A stretch of DNA of 63,998 nucleotides, filler included, from Octopus bimaculoides (Eukaryota), in assembly GCF_001194135.2 (NCBI RefSeq). It is 5 parts of 4 records of this genome, joined end to end, with 100 filler letters (N's around TTAATTAATTAA, not from the genome) between each part and the next. Parts side by side here need not be neighbours in the genome. Positions count along the whole stretch, not along the records: positions 30,754 to 44,409 come from NC_068985.1; positions 44,510 to 59,800 come from NC_068982.1; 3 more parts are not named here. One strand, written 5' to 3'. The notes under the pieces are model-generated. The model was given only the letters and a program-made list of their open reading frames with translations. It was not told the origin of the DNA and made no database searches. This document shows positions 38,703 through 50,520 of this stretch, one piece after another. The position numbers and the translations under genes are program-made. The number at the start of each line of letters is the position of its first letter. Positions within the stretch are counted from its first letter, which is position 1.

Positions 38703-39399
38703 GGCGAATTGGGTGACGGACATGACAGCATACGGGAGAAGTTTAGGGACAGTAAAAATTAGGAGGGGCATCTTCCAAGGGGACTGCCTGTCCCCACTGA
38801 TCTTTGTACTGTGCTTGATACCACTGACACAGATTCTGGGGAAAGCAAAAGCTGGGTATGTATTCAAAAGCCGCCTACAAAAAGTCAACGATTTGTTATT
38901 CATGGATGACCTCAAACTATATGGTAAAGATGAAGCCCAAGTCAGTTCCCTGGTTGATACGTTGTATACCTTCAGTGCCGTTGTCAGAATGGAGTTCGGA
39001 CTGAGAAAGTGTGGTGTGTTAGTATTGAAGACAGGCAAAATCAAATGTATGGACGGGCTAACGATACCGTCGAGGAAGGTTATAAAGCAGATAGAAGAGA
39101 CCGGCTATAAGTACTTGGGGATTTGGGAATTGGATAAATTGATGGAGAAAAAAATGACAGAAAAATTTAAGGTGGAGTACTTGTGCAGACTGAGGCTGAT
39201 CCTTAAGTCGAAATTAAATGGACGGAATAAGATTGAAGCTATTAAAACCTAGGCGGTTTCACTCCTAAAATATGGAACAGGGGTAATCGCATGGACAGTA
39301 GACGGACTGAACAGCTTAGACAGGAAGACAAGGAAGTTGCTGACTAGATATGGGATACTCCACCCAAAAAGTGACACAGACAGACTGTATGTACCAAGA
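38703..39399 (+). pseudogene. R4/Dong-clade (R2 group) non-LTR RT fragment
   Basis: RRGIFQGDCLSPL.F...LFMDDLKLY...MEFGL.KC...YKYLG...LNGRNKI...DRKTRKLLT...LHPKSD.DRLYVPR. The 5' junction lies in a (TAA)n run; the 3' side is cut by a SINE tail. Confidence 0.85.
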
Positions 39400-39900
39400 A
39401 TCGACTGGCTCCCTCTCCCAAAATTTCGGGCCCTGTGCCTAGTGTAGAAAAGATTATTGTTGCTGTTGCTGTTGATATTGTTAAGGCAGCGAGCTGGCAG
39501 AATAGTCAGCGCGCTGGACGAAATGCTTAGCGGTATTTCGCCTGTCGTTACTTTCTGAGTTCAAATTACGCCGAGGTCGACTTTGCCTTTCATCTTTAGG
39601 ATCGATAAAATAAGTACCGGTTGAGCACTGAGGTCGATGTAATCGACTTAGACCCTCCTCCGAAGTTGCTGGTCCTGTGCCAAAATTTGAAACTATTATA
39701 AAGGCAGCGAGCTGACAAAATCGTTAAGCACGCCGGACAAAAGGTTCAGCAGCATTTCGTCTGAGTTCAAATTCCGCCGAGATCGACTCTGCTCTTCATT
39801 CTCTCGGGGTCGATGAAATAAGTACCATTTAAGCACTGAGGTCGATGTAATCGACTGGTCCCCTCCCCTAAAATTTCAGGTCTTGTGCCTATAACAAAGG
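39399..39900 (+). mobile_element. Tandem cluster of family A SINEs (tail fragment + two copies)
   Basis: Tail at 39399-39455, copies starting at 39483 and 39700. Confidence 0.88.
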
Positions 39901-39911
39901 ATTATTATTAA

Positions 39912-39945
<34 letters not shown>

Positions 39946-40849
39946 GAAGTTAGTATTATTGTTGTTGGATCTTACTGTGTTTAGATGTGTTTTTTTAAAA
40001 ATTCTGTTGTACTATTTGGTTGCTGTGTTTTTCCAAATATAAATTAGATTTCAAATTGTTTCCTCTATCTCGGTTCGAAATATTCTTCGTATTTTATTTA
40101 CGTATTTTACCCTCTAAATTCTTTTTTTATTATGTATATATTTCTTCTTGTTCTTCTCAAGTAAAGCTAAAATAATTTTTCAACATAGCCACTATAATGG
40201 TGAGAGTGGAAACTTTTTTTCTTTTTTTACTAACAGCGGTAGCTGTCTTCTTTCTTTGCAGGAGATGAGAACAGAAAATTTGATCTAATTTCAATGCAAG
40301 CAACATCGCAAATAATTTAAGAAAAAAAAATATAACAGTGTACCTAAATATATATAAAATACTAGGAAAATATCACCATTTACAACATCAAACTAGAACA
40401 ACAATAAGAACTGTTGTATGAACAACATTGCTAAAGACAGAAACACCAGAGAGCCTATGGTCGGTAACTCAACCTGCTCGAAATAGCAGCCAAATCTTCA
40501 AATCGTACTTTTCTTAATTTTTGTTTAAAAAATGGGGGAAGAGTGCATTTGATAATGTTGTTCCAAACACTTCTAGCAAAAAGGCGGGATGGTCACAACT
40601 GGAGTGTCTTTGTTCGTAGATCTGCTCAATGAAGGATGATTTCAGGATGAACAATCACCACCAGCAGCAACAACACCACCACCACCAACAACAACAACAA
40701 CAACGACAATAACTATAAAAACAACATTGATGAGTAAAAGGAAAATGAAAAGAGTACGATACACTCTTGCAATGATGGCGAATTAAGACTGACCTCATTG
40801 ACGGATGAGATGGTAGGGCACACGCAACAATATATCAATAATAATAATC

Positions 40850-41760
40850 TTTTCTATTATGGGCTCAAGGCCTGAAATCTGAGGGAGGGGAAATAGTCGA
40901 TTACATCAATCCTAGTACCTAACTAGTACTTATTTTATCCACCCCGAAATGATGAAATGCGAACTTCAAACGTAGAGCCGGAAGAAATATGCGGCTAGGA
41001 ATTCTGTCAGCTCGTTGCACTTTTTAATAATAAAAATCATCATTTCTACTGTAGGCATAAGGCCTGAAATTTTGGGAGATGGGATCCCAGTGTTCAATTG
41101 GTACTTATTTTATCGACCTCAAAAGAATGAAAGGCAAAGTTGACTCTGCAGCAATTGAACTCAGAACGTAAAGACGCCAGAAATACCGCTGCACATTCTA
41201 ATAGTAATGATAATCATTTCTGCTATAGGCACAAGGCCTGAAATTTGAAGGAAGGGAGATAATCGACGATATCGATCCTGATACTTATTTTATCGACCCG
41301 AAATAATGAAAGGTAAAGTAGACCTCGGGGGGATTTGAACTCCAAATGTAAAGCCAGAAGAAATGCCGCTAAGCATTTTGTCTGGCATGCCAACGATTCT
41401 GTCAACTCGTTATGCATTTTAATAGTAATAGTAATAACCAGGTAAAAACCATGCTTAAAAGAAATACAGAAAACAACTCTGATGGGTACTGCACACATAT
41501 TACGTAGACCCCTATCTCCTTACTATTCTGCCACTTCGCTATCTTATCATTTCACATTTTGACACAAGACCAGCGAGTGTAAGGAAGGGGTAAGTCGATT
41601 ATATCGACCCCCAGACTTCAACTGGTTTTTATTATATAGACCCCGAAAAGATTAAAGATAAAATCGACCTCGATGGAATTTGAACTCCGATCCTAAGAAA
41701 CCGAAAGAAATTCCGCTAAGCTTTTTTATCCCTCGCGCTAACGATTCTTCCAGCTTGCTG
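40850..41760 (-). mobile_element. Cluster of four family A SINE copies
   Basis: Repeated GGC(A/T)CAAGGCCTGAAAT...TTTATCGACC...GAACTC motifs at ~40850, ~41050, ~41222 and ~41560. Confidence 0.8.
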
Positions 41761-42155
41761 TGATGTGGTTTTAGGGTCCGAACATTTAGAATGTGTTATT
41801 CTCTTTGATACAGATGAAACATTCCCGCCACAGTCTTCCATCTCCATCTGAGCTCTGTGTACAAAAAATCTTGGAACATTTAAAAAGTTGGTAATTTTTA
41901 AATCGCTGTGTTGTGTACATATAACAATAATAACATTATGTCATTTCATTTCTTGTGTTAGCATTTTATCTACTATCGGAGATCTTAAAGCAATAAAAAC
42001 CTTTTAATTGGTTCGAAGACAGTAATATACTCTTAAAAGATATCACAATTGAAGATAAGATGAACCGCACAGACAGCTGGGCAAGCATGCAATACTATTT
42101 CTCCCATCCTTTTAGCGACAGAGAGGTTTTGGCCCATGGTGAATAATTCTGTTTT

Positions 42156-42192
<37 letters not shown>

Positions 42193-42387
42193 NNNNNNNN
42201 NNNNNNNNNNNNNNNNNNNNNNNNNNNNNNNNNNNNNNNNNNNNNNNNNNNNNNNNNNNNNNNNNNNNNNNNNNNNNNNNNNNNNNNNNNNNNNNNNNNN
42301 NNNNNNNNNNNNNNNNNNNNNATATGCATATATACATACATTGATATATATATGAGTAAATACATAAACATATATATTATATACATA

Positions 42388-42437
<50 letters not shown>

Positions 42438-43584
42438 TATATATATATTGGTTTAATGCCATCTTTCTCGGTTGAATGATAATGTCTTTGGTGAAGAGGA
42501 GAACTTAAGAAAACGCTTCTTTCATTTCCATTGTGAAATACTTGCTTAGAGACTTTCCATTTTATTAGCTTCATCTTATAAATTGATTTCACATTCGAGC
42601 ACAACAAATGGATGTTCATAACAACAATTTGCTGGTGAGAGGTTATCTTAAGCTGTCATTGGTACGATAGCAAACTATTGAACAATGAGTGACGCAACAA
42701 TACTTTCATAACACCGCAGATATTTATTGTTTTTATATCCTAGGAAATATTATCACTAAAGCTTAATAAAGTTTATTGAGGGAATGAAGTGTAAATTTTA
42801 TCAAAATCAAAATATGATATTAAATATTTCCCGTTCTCATTAGCAGACGATATGAGATACTTTTGTAGCACAGAGCAAAATTGAATCGTTCATACGAAAG
42901 TATAAATCTGTTATAGTTTATCTAAATGGCTGACTACACGGAAACATATTGTATCAGTTTTGCTGCGAGAAACCCTTGGGCGTTTCTTGTTTGTATTTCG
43001 TTTGTCAACCATTATGTTATGTTGTAAATAAACATCGGTTGTTTTATATTCCTGCAGAAAGAAATTTTTCTTGTAATTATTTTTTAACCCAGCCACATTT
43101 TCAACAGCTGTAAAATGGCGGTTTTCAGGGAGAAATTACTTTTATTAAGGCAGCTTTTCTTCTTTGCCTTTCCGTTTTTCTTAATTTGTTTTTCTGCTGT
43201 TATTTCTACTGTTTATTTTCTAGCTGTTTCTTTTTTTTTTAATTTTGTACTTCCATCTTTGAAAATACTTGCCTTTTATTTTTCTCATTTTAGTATATTT
43301 TAACTACTTTTTTATGTCGTATCTTTTATTTTCTTTAGTGCAAAACCTAAAACAAACAAGCAAAAAGAAAATGTCAAAAAATAACCCTGCTATATACAAA
43401 CCAAAATAATAATGTAAAATACATGTACAGCACTGTAGTTGCATTTTCCTGTAACTTACTGCAACTTAAAAATCTGCCTGCTTTGTTTGTTAAAATACAT
43501 TATGATTTTTCAAAAAAAAATATATACAATACATTGTATCGTCATAGAAAAATATTATTGATTACATTAGAATATAAAACAACA

Positions 43585-44075
43585 TAACCCCGTGGTTTCG
43601 GGTTCGGTTCCACAGCACCAGCTTGAACATGTGTCATTTACTGTAACACCGGGGGTCTGACCTTGTAAGTGAAGTATTAGAAGAAACTGCGTGGAAGTGT
43701 GGAATACTGTCGCATGCAAAGATACATACATACATACATACATACATATACACATACACACACATACATAGATAGGTATGTATGTTTGTATGTATGCATA
43801 TATTTATATATGTATATATATATGTGTGTGTGTGTGTATAAATACACACACACACAAACATGCGCATACACACACATATAGGAAGGTCTTTGCCTGTGTT
43901 TGTTCACTCTCCCACTGCTTGACAGCTGATGCTGGTTTGTCTGCCTTCCCTTACTTTAGCGGTCCGGCAAGAATGATCGATAGAATAACAGAATTATTAG
44001 CATACGGGGCTCGATTTCTTCAAGGTGGTGCCTCACATTGGCTGCAGTCCAATGATTGAAACAGATAAAAGATAA
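43585..44075 (+). mobile_element. SINE family B with expanded internal (CATA)/(CA) tract
   Basis: GGGTTCGGTTCCAC head remnant and GGTGGTGCC...GCAGTCCAATGATTGAAAC...ATAAAAG tail. Confidence 0.7.
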
Positions 44076-44409
44076 ACCATTGTAAACGAGACCGAATGTA
44101 GTACTATTACAGAAGCCAACTTTATCATAATCAAATATTGTAATATACAGCAGAAAAAATATAGCGATTTACATAAAGTAGTGTAGATTACATCGTACTA
44201 CAATATAATACAATACAACTTAACTCTGAATGTTACAATAATGTATTTTACAGATAGATTCAACGAAATACTATTCTTTACAAAACAATTTTTGTAAGGA
44301 AAATCAATGAAGTATATGCTATACGCTAAAGCATATTATAAGCGCAAAATCGTTTTATGAATCTGTATGTATATATGTGCATGTATGTACATACACACAC
44401 ACACACACA

Positions 44410-44509
44410 NNNNNNNNNNNNNNNNNNNNNNNNNNNNNNNNNNNNNNNNNNNNTTAATTAATTAANNNNNNNNNNNNNNNNNNNNNNNNNNNNNNNNNNN
44501 NNNNNNNNN
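44410..44509. other. Artificial scaffold spacer
   Basis: 44 N + TTAATTAATTAA + 44 N. Confidence 0.95.
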
Positions 44510-44782
44510 TCAATTCTAGACCTTGCTTCCACACCTGAAACTTCTCCTCTAGTGACTCCGCAATTAGGGCAAGGTCATCAGCATAGAGGAGCTCCCAGGG
44601 GCAACCTGTCTTGAACTCCTCTGTGATTACCTGGAGGACTATGGTAAATAATAGGGGGCTGAGGACGGAACCTTGGTGGACCCCTACCTCTACCCGGAAT
44701 TCATTGCTGTACTCATTTCCAACCCTCACCTTACTGGCAGCATCTCTGTACATGGCTCGCACAGCTCTCACTAACCATTCTA
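44510..44782 (-). pseudogene. RTE-clade RT fragment
   Basis: VRAMYRDA.SKVRVG...GVHQGSVLSPLLF...CPWELLYADDL. Confidence 0.9.
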
Positions 44783-45114
44783 GCTCTCATATATATATAT
44801 ATATATTTTATTTTTTTATTTTTTATTTTTTTATATGATTACTTAATGAACAGTAGCAGCAAAGAAAATTAGAAGGAAAATAATTTATTTCTCAGGAATC
44901 TAATGCAGACTGATTAGTTTTGTATTTTGTGTCTGGAAAACAATAGTCTGATGTTCGCAGCTGTTGCATAAATAAACTGACAATTTAACATGTCCATTTT
45001 TATTAGATCGTATAAACAAAAACAAACAAATTCTTAGAAAAATACTTATATTCAGATACAGTATCTTCTTTTTTGTTACAATGGAATTATTTTATGTAAT
45101 TTTATTGAGCCAAA

Positions 45115-45407
45115 ATCGTTTGAAACACAAGCGTGGGACCAAGTGGCAGTGTTCCATCACCATTGGAGTCAAAGACTTTGAAACCACCAGAAGAGAAAAA
45201 GAAGAAATCAAACAACAGGAGAGAAAGGCTCGACAAAACCATCCTCATCCTCATCTTCCTCCACCGACATTACCATGCAGTCAATGCCATCGACGCTTCT
45301 ATGCAAGAATTGGTCTACAGAGTCATCAACAGCATCACCATAAAGGAAGAGAGTTCAGCAAAGAATAAAGTAAATTCTTGGACATGAGACAAAGCTGCTG
45401 CTGCTGG
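45115..45407 (+). mobile_element. RTE-clade LINE 3' end with one C2H2 finger
   Basis: GVKDFE...RKAR...PCSQCHRRFYARIGLQSHQQH, followed by a short UTR and a (GCT)n tail. Confidence 0.8.
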
Positions 45408-45524
45408 TTTAGTCAAAATACTGACAATAGGAACAAGAATTAGTATACTTGATAATTCTAACCTTCTTGAGATCAACTTCAGAGAATTTGAGATATTCTT
45501 AGTTATACACTCTGCCTTCTAAAA

Positions 45525-46048
45525 CAGGTTTTCAGCCAGGGTGCATATGGCGCTTGGGAGTCTGTAAAAGATTTAAAAAAAATTTAGATGCAATAATGCA
45601 CAAAATATTTAAACATCTCATCATCATCATTTAATGTCCGCTTTCCATGCTAGCATGGGTTAGATGATTTGACTGGGGACTGGCGAACCAGATGGCTACA
45701 CCAGACTTCAATCTGATCTGGCTGAGTTTCTACAGCTGGATGCCCTTCCTAATGCCAACCACTCCGAGAGTGCAGTGGGTGCTTTTTACGTGCCACCGGC
45801 ATGAGGGCCAATCCGGCAGTACTGGCAATGGCCATGCTCAAATGTTGCTTTTTTATGTGCCACCTGCACAGGAGTCAGTCCAATGTTTTGTTCACATGCC
45901 ACCAGCACGAGTGTTTTTATATAAGTCCTAATAACATTTAATCACAAAAAATAAGAGGAGGTTTTTGACAAATGGCTAAGGTTCCCTTAGTGCATAGTAA
46001 AACAGGAATCAAAGGGATCCATAGGCAAAAATTGGTTGAGAACAATTG
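45525..46048. mobile_element. hAT(Charlie)-like MITE carrying an inserted repeat
   Basis: Degenerate CAGTGGTTCTCAACC-type termini, TTCTAAAA/TGCTAAAG 8-bp flanks, internal similarity to 55834-56088. Confidence 0.5.
45620..45915 (-). mobile_element. Repeat family C (probably RTE 3'-UTR-derived)
   Basis: Reverse complement of GGAAGGGCATCCAGCTGTAGAAAC...GCATGGAAAGCGGACATTAAATGATGAT. Homologs at 50835-51065 and 51700-52048. Confidence 0.65.
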
Positions 46049-46211
46049 TGCTAAAGCTTGATGAATCACGCATTATTTTCTCTTAAGATACATATCCATC
46101 GCTCTACTCGTCTTTGCTCTGTTAGACTACACTTTATTTCTAAGGTCTGGCTGAAAAAACAATGCCTGTCCTTATAGAGAATCACTTACATACTATTCAA
46201 CTCCCTTTTCA

Positions 46212-46545
46212 ACTCTAGGCACAAGGCCCGAAATTTTGGGGGAGGGAGCCAATCGATTAGATCAACCCCAGTATGCAACTGGTACTTAATTTATTGACCC
46301 CGAAAGGTTGAAAGACAAAGTCGACTTCGGCAGAAAAATATTCTTTTCTTCTCTAGGCACAAGGCCTGAAATTTTTGGGGAAGGAAGCCAGTCAATTAGA
46401 TCAACTCCAATACTTAATTTATTGACTCTGAAAGGATGAAAGGCAAAGTCAACCTCGGAGGATTTGAACTCAGAATGCAAAGCCAAACAAAATACTGCTA
46501 AGCATTTTGCCCGGCATGCTAATGTTTCTGCCAGCTCGCCGCCTT
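46212..46545 (-). mobile_element. Two adjacent family A SINEs (tail type 2)
   Basis: 3' fragment at 46212-46335 and full copy at 46342-46545. Confidence 0.88.
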
Positions 46546-47770
46546 AACTGAATATCAGTAAAACGAAGACTTCCATTCTGGCTCAAAGCTTCTCTTCGTC
46601 ATTCCTGAAGGATCGTATACTTGTACTACTTCTTTCAAAAGCTCTTCTAACAACAATAATAATTTTACTATCCTTTGTTCTGCATTGAGAACAGGTCACA
46701 ACTCATTTAACTCTTCAATGCATTCAACTCCTCATGGTTCTCACAATATTCTCAAACTTATATCACTACTGTTGCAGAGGTCGAATCTTCTGCTAATTTG
46801 AACTTTGGTATCCTTATCATATCCCTGATCAACACAGAAACTCATGATATAATTTTCACTGCTTTCTCCCTTCAAAAACTGAACCGTCACCTGGAGAGCC
46901 CTGTTTTTTTTTCCCTTCATCATATCATTTAATAAAAGCACTCTATCTCACATCTCTGTTCTTCAGACTCTCAGTTAACTAATCAGAACTTCATTGAATG
47001 CCATTGTCATAAAATTTAACTCATCACTGACCGATCTGAAGCATCCTAGTTGTCAGCACTGGATTAACCCATTATACAAAATAAGCATGTGCTTAGTGCA
47101 TCAAGTGACAGGGGCACCACAGAAATGAAAATGGTCTACAGCATGAAAGAAATCACTTTAAACTTATTAAAATAATATTCGTAATGCCTTATCTCTACTA
47201 AGTATAGAAGCAGAAGTTTTATGTCAATTAATTATAACGATATCATCGAACACTTTGCAATTAAAAAAAAAATGAAGGAGAAAACTTTTCAAATATAAAT
47301 AAAATGGAAGCATACAAAAATAAACATTATTTTCCATCTTACTGTGAATTTTGTTTCATTTTGAAAAATAATTTATTTTATGGTTTATTATTGTTTACAT
47401 TTTGAATTATTTTTGCTTACATTTTGAACCATTTACATATACCCGAGGGCACAAAACCTTTTAAGTGCTTAGGGCCTTTATGGGTCTTAATCTGGCCCTG
47501 CTGGCTGTATTCTTATACATCCATCACACAACCAAAACTCTACCCTAAAATTTCCAACTGGTCTATATGCTGTTGTTCTGCTGATGTACAGAATACTTGG
47601 AGAAAGTTATGCACTGTCACCAACTGGGAGGAATTCTATCTACTACTACAATATTTGCTACTTGACACTCAGGAAAACAATAAAGATTTTTTTTTTATTA
47701 CTCTGCCTATGAGACCTCTCACTTACCAAATTGCAGTTGTGTCTGTAGGTCTTTTATCAATATAGTTTCT

Positions 47771-48052
47771 TATTTCTTTATTGCCCACAGGGGGCTAAAC
47801 ATAGAGGGGACAAACAAGGACAGACAAAGGGATTAAGTCAATTACATCGACCCCAGTGTGTAACTGGTACTTTATTTTTCGACTCCGAAAAGATGATAGG
47901 CAAAGTCGACATCGGCGGAATTTGAATTCAGAATGTAACGACAGACGAAATACCACTAAGCATTTCGCCCCGTGTGCTAACGTTTCNNNNNNNNNNCGAA
48001 ATACCACTAAGCATTTCGCCCCGTGTGCTAACGTTTCTGCCAGCTCGCCGCC
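47771..48052 (-). mobile_element. Family A SINE (tail type 1) with 17-bp target-site duplication
   Basis: TTATCAATATAGTTTCT at 47754-47770 and 48053-48069; contains a gap-flanking assembly duplication. Confidence 0.93.
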
Positions 48053-48070
48053 TTATCAATATAGTTTCTG

Positions 48071-48304
48071 TTAACCATTTAGCATTCAGGTTACTTGTCC
48101 AAATGCGATACTTCTGAATGTAAAGCTTCAATTCATATTGTTTCAAATTAATCCTGCAATATCTCATGACCTTGAGATTTCGATGACGTGCCTATTAGAA
48201 TGAAATTGTAGGGTAGGTGTGAGAGGCCAAATCTGGTCACTCTGAACATAAAACAGATTGAATATTTAGGTTGGATATCTTTGGTTTAAATACTAAAGGC
48301 TTAA
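48071..48304. mobile_element. piggyBac-like MITE
   Basis: TTAA at both ends with inverted termini TTAA-CCATTTAGCATT / TTAA-GCCTTTAGTATT (consensus CCCTTT). Confidence 0.55.
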
Positions 48305-48552
48305 AGTCACAGAATAGTCCTTTCTGCTATTCCTTAACCATAATGATTATCCAAATGTTACAAATTTGTTCCTAAAGCCATTATTTTCGCTGATCGATTT
48401 GGTTCTAACTCAAAACTCACACATGTAACAAATCTCCTTCCAAACTCCTTTTCTCCAATTGTTTTATAACATAATCAATTGCAAACTACAAACACATCTC
48501 TGATCACTTCAAAGCAACAAATGGGATGACTTGATGGTATCCCATTTATTAC

Positions 48553-48652
48553 CCTCAAACCATGAACTTCAGAGGCAGTTCCTATATTCACCAAACACTT
48601 CACAATATCAAAACGAACATCAGCTGCACCAATTTCACCTAATTTGAAGGAC
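48553..48652 (-). CDS. Candidate host-gene exon, product unknown (RSFKLGEIGAADVRFDIVKCLVNIGTASEVHGLR)
   Basis: Acceptor atccttgtAG and donor GAGG|GTAATA; 100-nt open frame, non-repetitive; phase-compatible with 48863-48914. Confidence 0.4.
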
Positions 48653-48862
48653 CTACAAGGATCATAAATGCTGGACCTTCTCCTCTGGATAACTAATAAA
48701 AATGGTAAATATTTATAAGGCCTAATATTTTTGATGACTTTACAAACTTGAACATATGCATACATATTCTAAAGGTCAAAGAGAAAACAAAAAAATAATC
48801 ATTAAAAGTAGAAAGACAAGTAGAGTTATGATGTGTAATATATCAGAAATTCTGTTCAATAC

Positions 48863-48914
48863 CTGGATTTTGCACATTCAGTGATGCATAAGATTGTCAA
48901 AATAATTAGACATT
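48863..48914 (-). CDS. Candidate upstream exon (CLIILTILCITECAKS)
   Basis: Acceptor ttttgcttcAG and donor CCAG|GTATTG; ends in phase 2, joining AG|G to the next exon. An alternative acceptor lies near 48985. Confidence 0.3.
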
Positions 48915-49154
48915 CTGAAGCAAAACTGGTTTTGATTTGTTTCTCTATTATAGGAAAGCAACAAGATTTATCCCTGCTGAGTAAAATGCAAATGTTTTAT
49001 AAATAAAGAAGAGTGGTGAAAACCACAACAATCTATATGAAAGAGAAAAATAAATCTATTCGCAATATTTCAGCTTCACTAAGTCCTAATCATGAAATGA
49101 AAATTCCATGGAAAATCTTAAATTCTAGCAATAACAAAATATTGTGGCATTTGC

Positions 49155-49190
<36 letters not shown>

Positions 49191-49221
49191 ACATGTGTGC
49201 GAGTGTGTGTGTGTGTATGTG

Positions 49222-49261
<40 letters not shown>

Positions 49262-49628
49262 TGTCTGTGTGTCTCTGTGTGTGTGTGTACACATACTGTA
49301 CTGAACAGAAAATAAGCAGCGTATTAAATATTAGATACATTTCAAAATGTTAAAAATGCTTGGAGTCCAATAAAAGTTTGTCTTTTAAATCTCCACTTTA
49401 AAATTTTATGCAGTTTATGTGTTAATATACATAATTTTATTAAATGGTATTTGATATAGTTGTTGTTGTTGTTTAGTCCCAGGTTAGTTCTGACTGAACA
49501 AATTTACGATCAACATACATACCAGAAGTGACCATCCAATCTTTTTTCCGATGAGCAGCAAAATCAAAATCACATTATTTACCGTCTCCTTTGGTAAGGT
49601 AGCAAGGTACGATTTGAAGAAGATTTTA

Positions 49629-49912
49629 GCCATTGGCAACCCATATTTAAGAATTTAATTTTGTCATATAAACGAAATTTTAAATTTAATTTAAATACAC
49701 ATTTTCTCATTACACAATCATGCGCTGGTGCGGTTGTGTGATAAAGAGCTTTGCTTCCCAACCATGGACTGAACCTGGAACCACATGGTTGAGAAGCAAA
49801 GCTTCTTACCACTCAACCACATGTTTGTGTAAAGATATAAAGTGTATTTAAATTAAATTTTAAATTTCATTTCTATGACAAATTAAATTTGCAAATATGG
49901 GTTCCCAATGGC
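49629..49912. repeat. Imperfect fold-back inverted repeat (~137 and ~128 bp arms, ~19-nt spacer)
   Basis: Arms 49629-49765 and 49785-49912 both contain the same flank-plus-SINE-B-head junction. Confidence 0.9.
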
Positions 49913-50014
49913 CAAACTTCATCCTCCACATGTGTTCATGGAAGTAGATTGAAAACCAATGCATTGTTTGTTCCACATGATTTCCTTGTTGCTAGAAGAA
50001 TTGTATTTTAGTTT

Positions 50015-50334
50015 AGTTCTATATCTAAGAGATGAGGAATTATGTACATAATTTACATTTGACGGATATTTGTCCTCATCTTGTTTGTTGTTAACACAAC
50101 ATTTTGGCTGATATACCCTCCAGCCTTCATCAGGTGTCTTGGGGAAATTTTGAACCTGGGTTCTCATTCCTAAAGTATTTTTCGACATCATCATCATCAT
50201 CATCATCATCATCATTCTTCAGGTCAGTGCCTGGAGCCAAACTCAGAATCTTTGGGTTAGTAGCCCGAGCTCTTAATCGCTACACCCACGGGCATATGAC
50301 GTAGTGGTTAAGAGTGCGGGCTACTAACCCCAAA
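50015..50334 (-). mobile_element. Composite tRNA-head/hammerhead short element, copy 2
   Basis: tRNA-like head 50289-50219, (TGA)n linker 50215-50186, HHR module, tail to 50015. An inverted copy of the head's 5' part (A box TGACGTAGTGG) lies at 50290-50334. Confidence 0.85.
50093..50138 (-). ncRNA. Minimal type I hammerhead motif, inactivated by two CpG transitions
   Basis: GACAC-CTGATGA-A-GGCTG-GAGGGTATAT-CAGCC-AAA-ATGT-T-GTGTT: stems I and II perfect; G12>A and ACGT>ATGT. Confidence 0.7.
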
Positions 50335-50520
50335 ATGTAAATAATGTTGTATTTTAGTTGTTCTCTACAAGAGCAGTCTTAGCTGTGTCTTTAGATGCTT
50401 GCTTCCCACTATATGGCACCTTGGGCAAATGTTCTTTGTGATAGCCTTGGGTTGAACAATGCCTTGTGAGTGAATTGCAAACTGAAGCTGAATGAAAAAT
50501 GTCCATCACACACATATATA

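Noticed and set aside
47946-48037. 41-bp direct repeat flanking a 10-N gap
   Set aside because: Same artefact, inside a SINE head.
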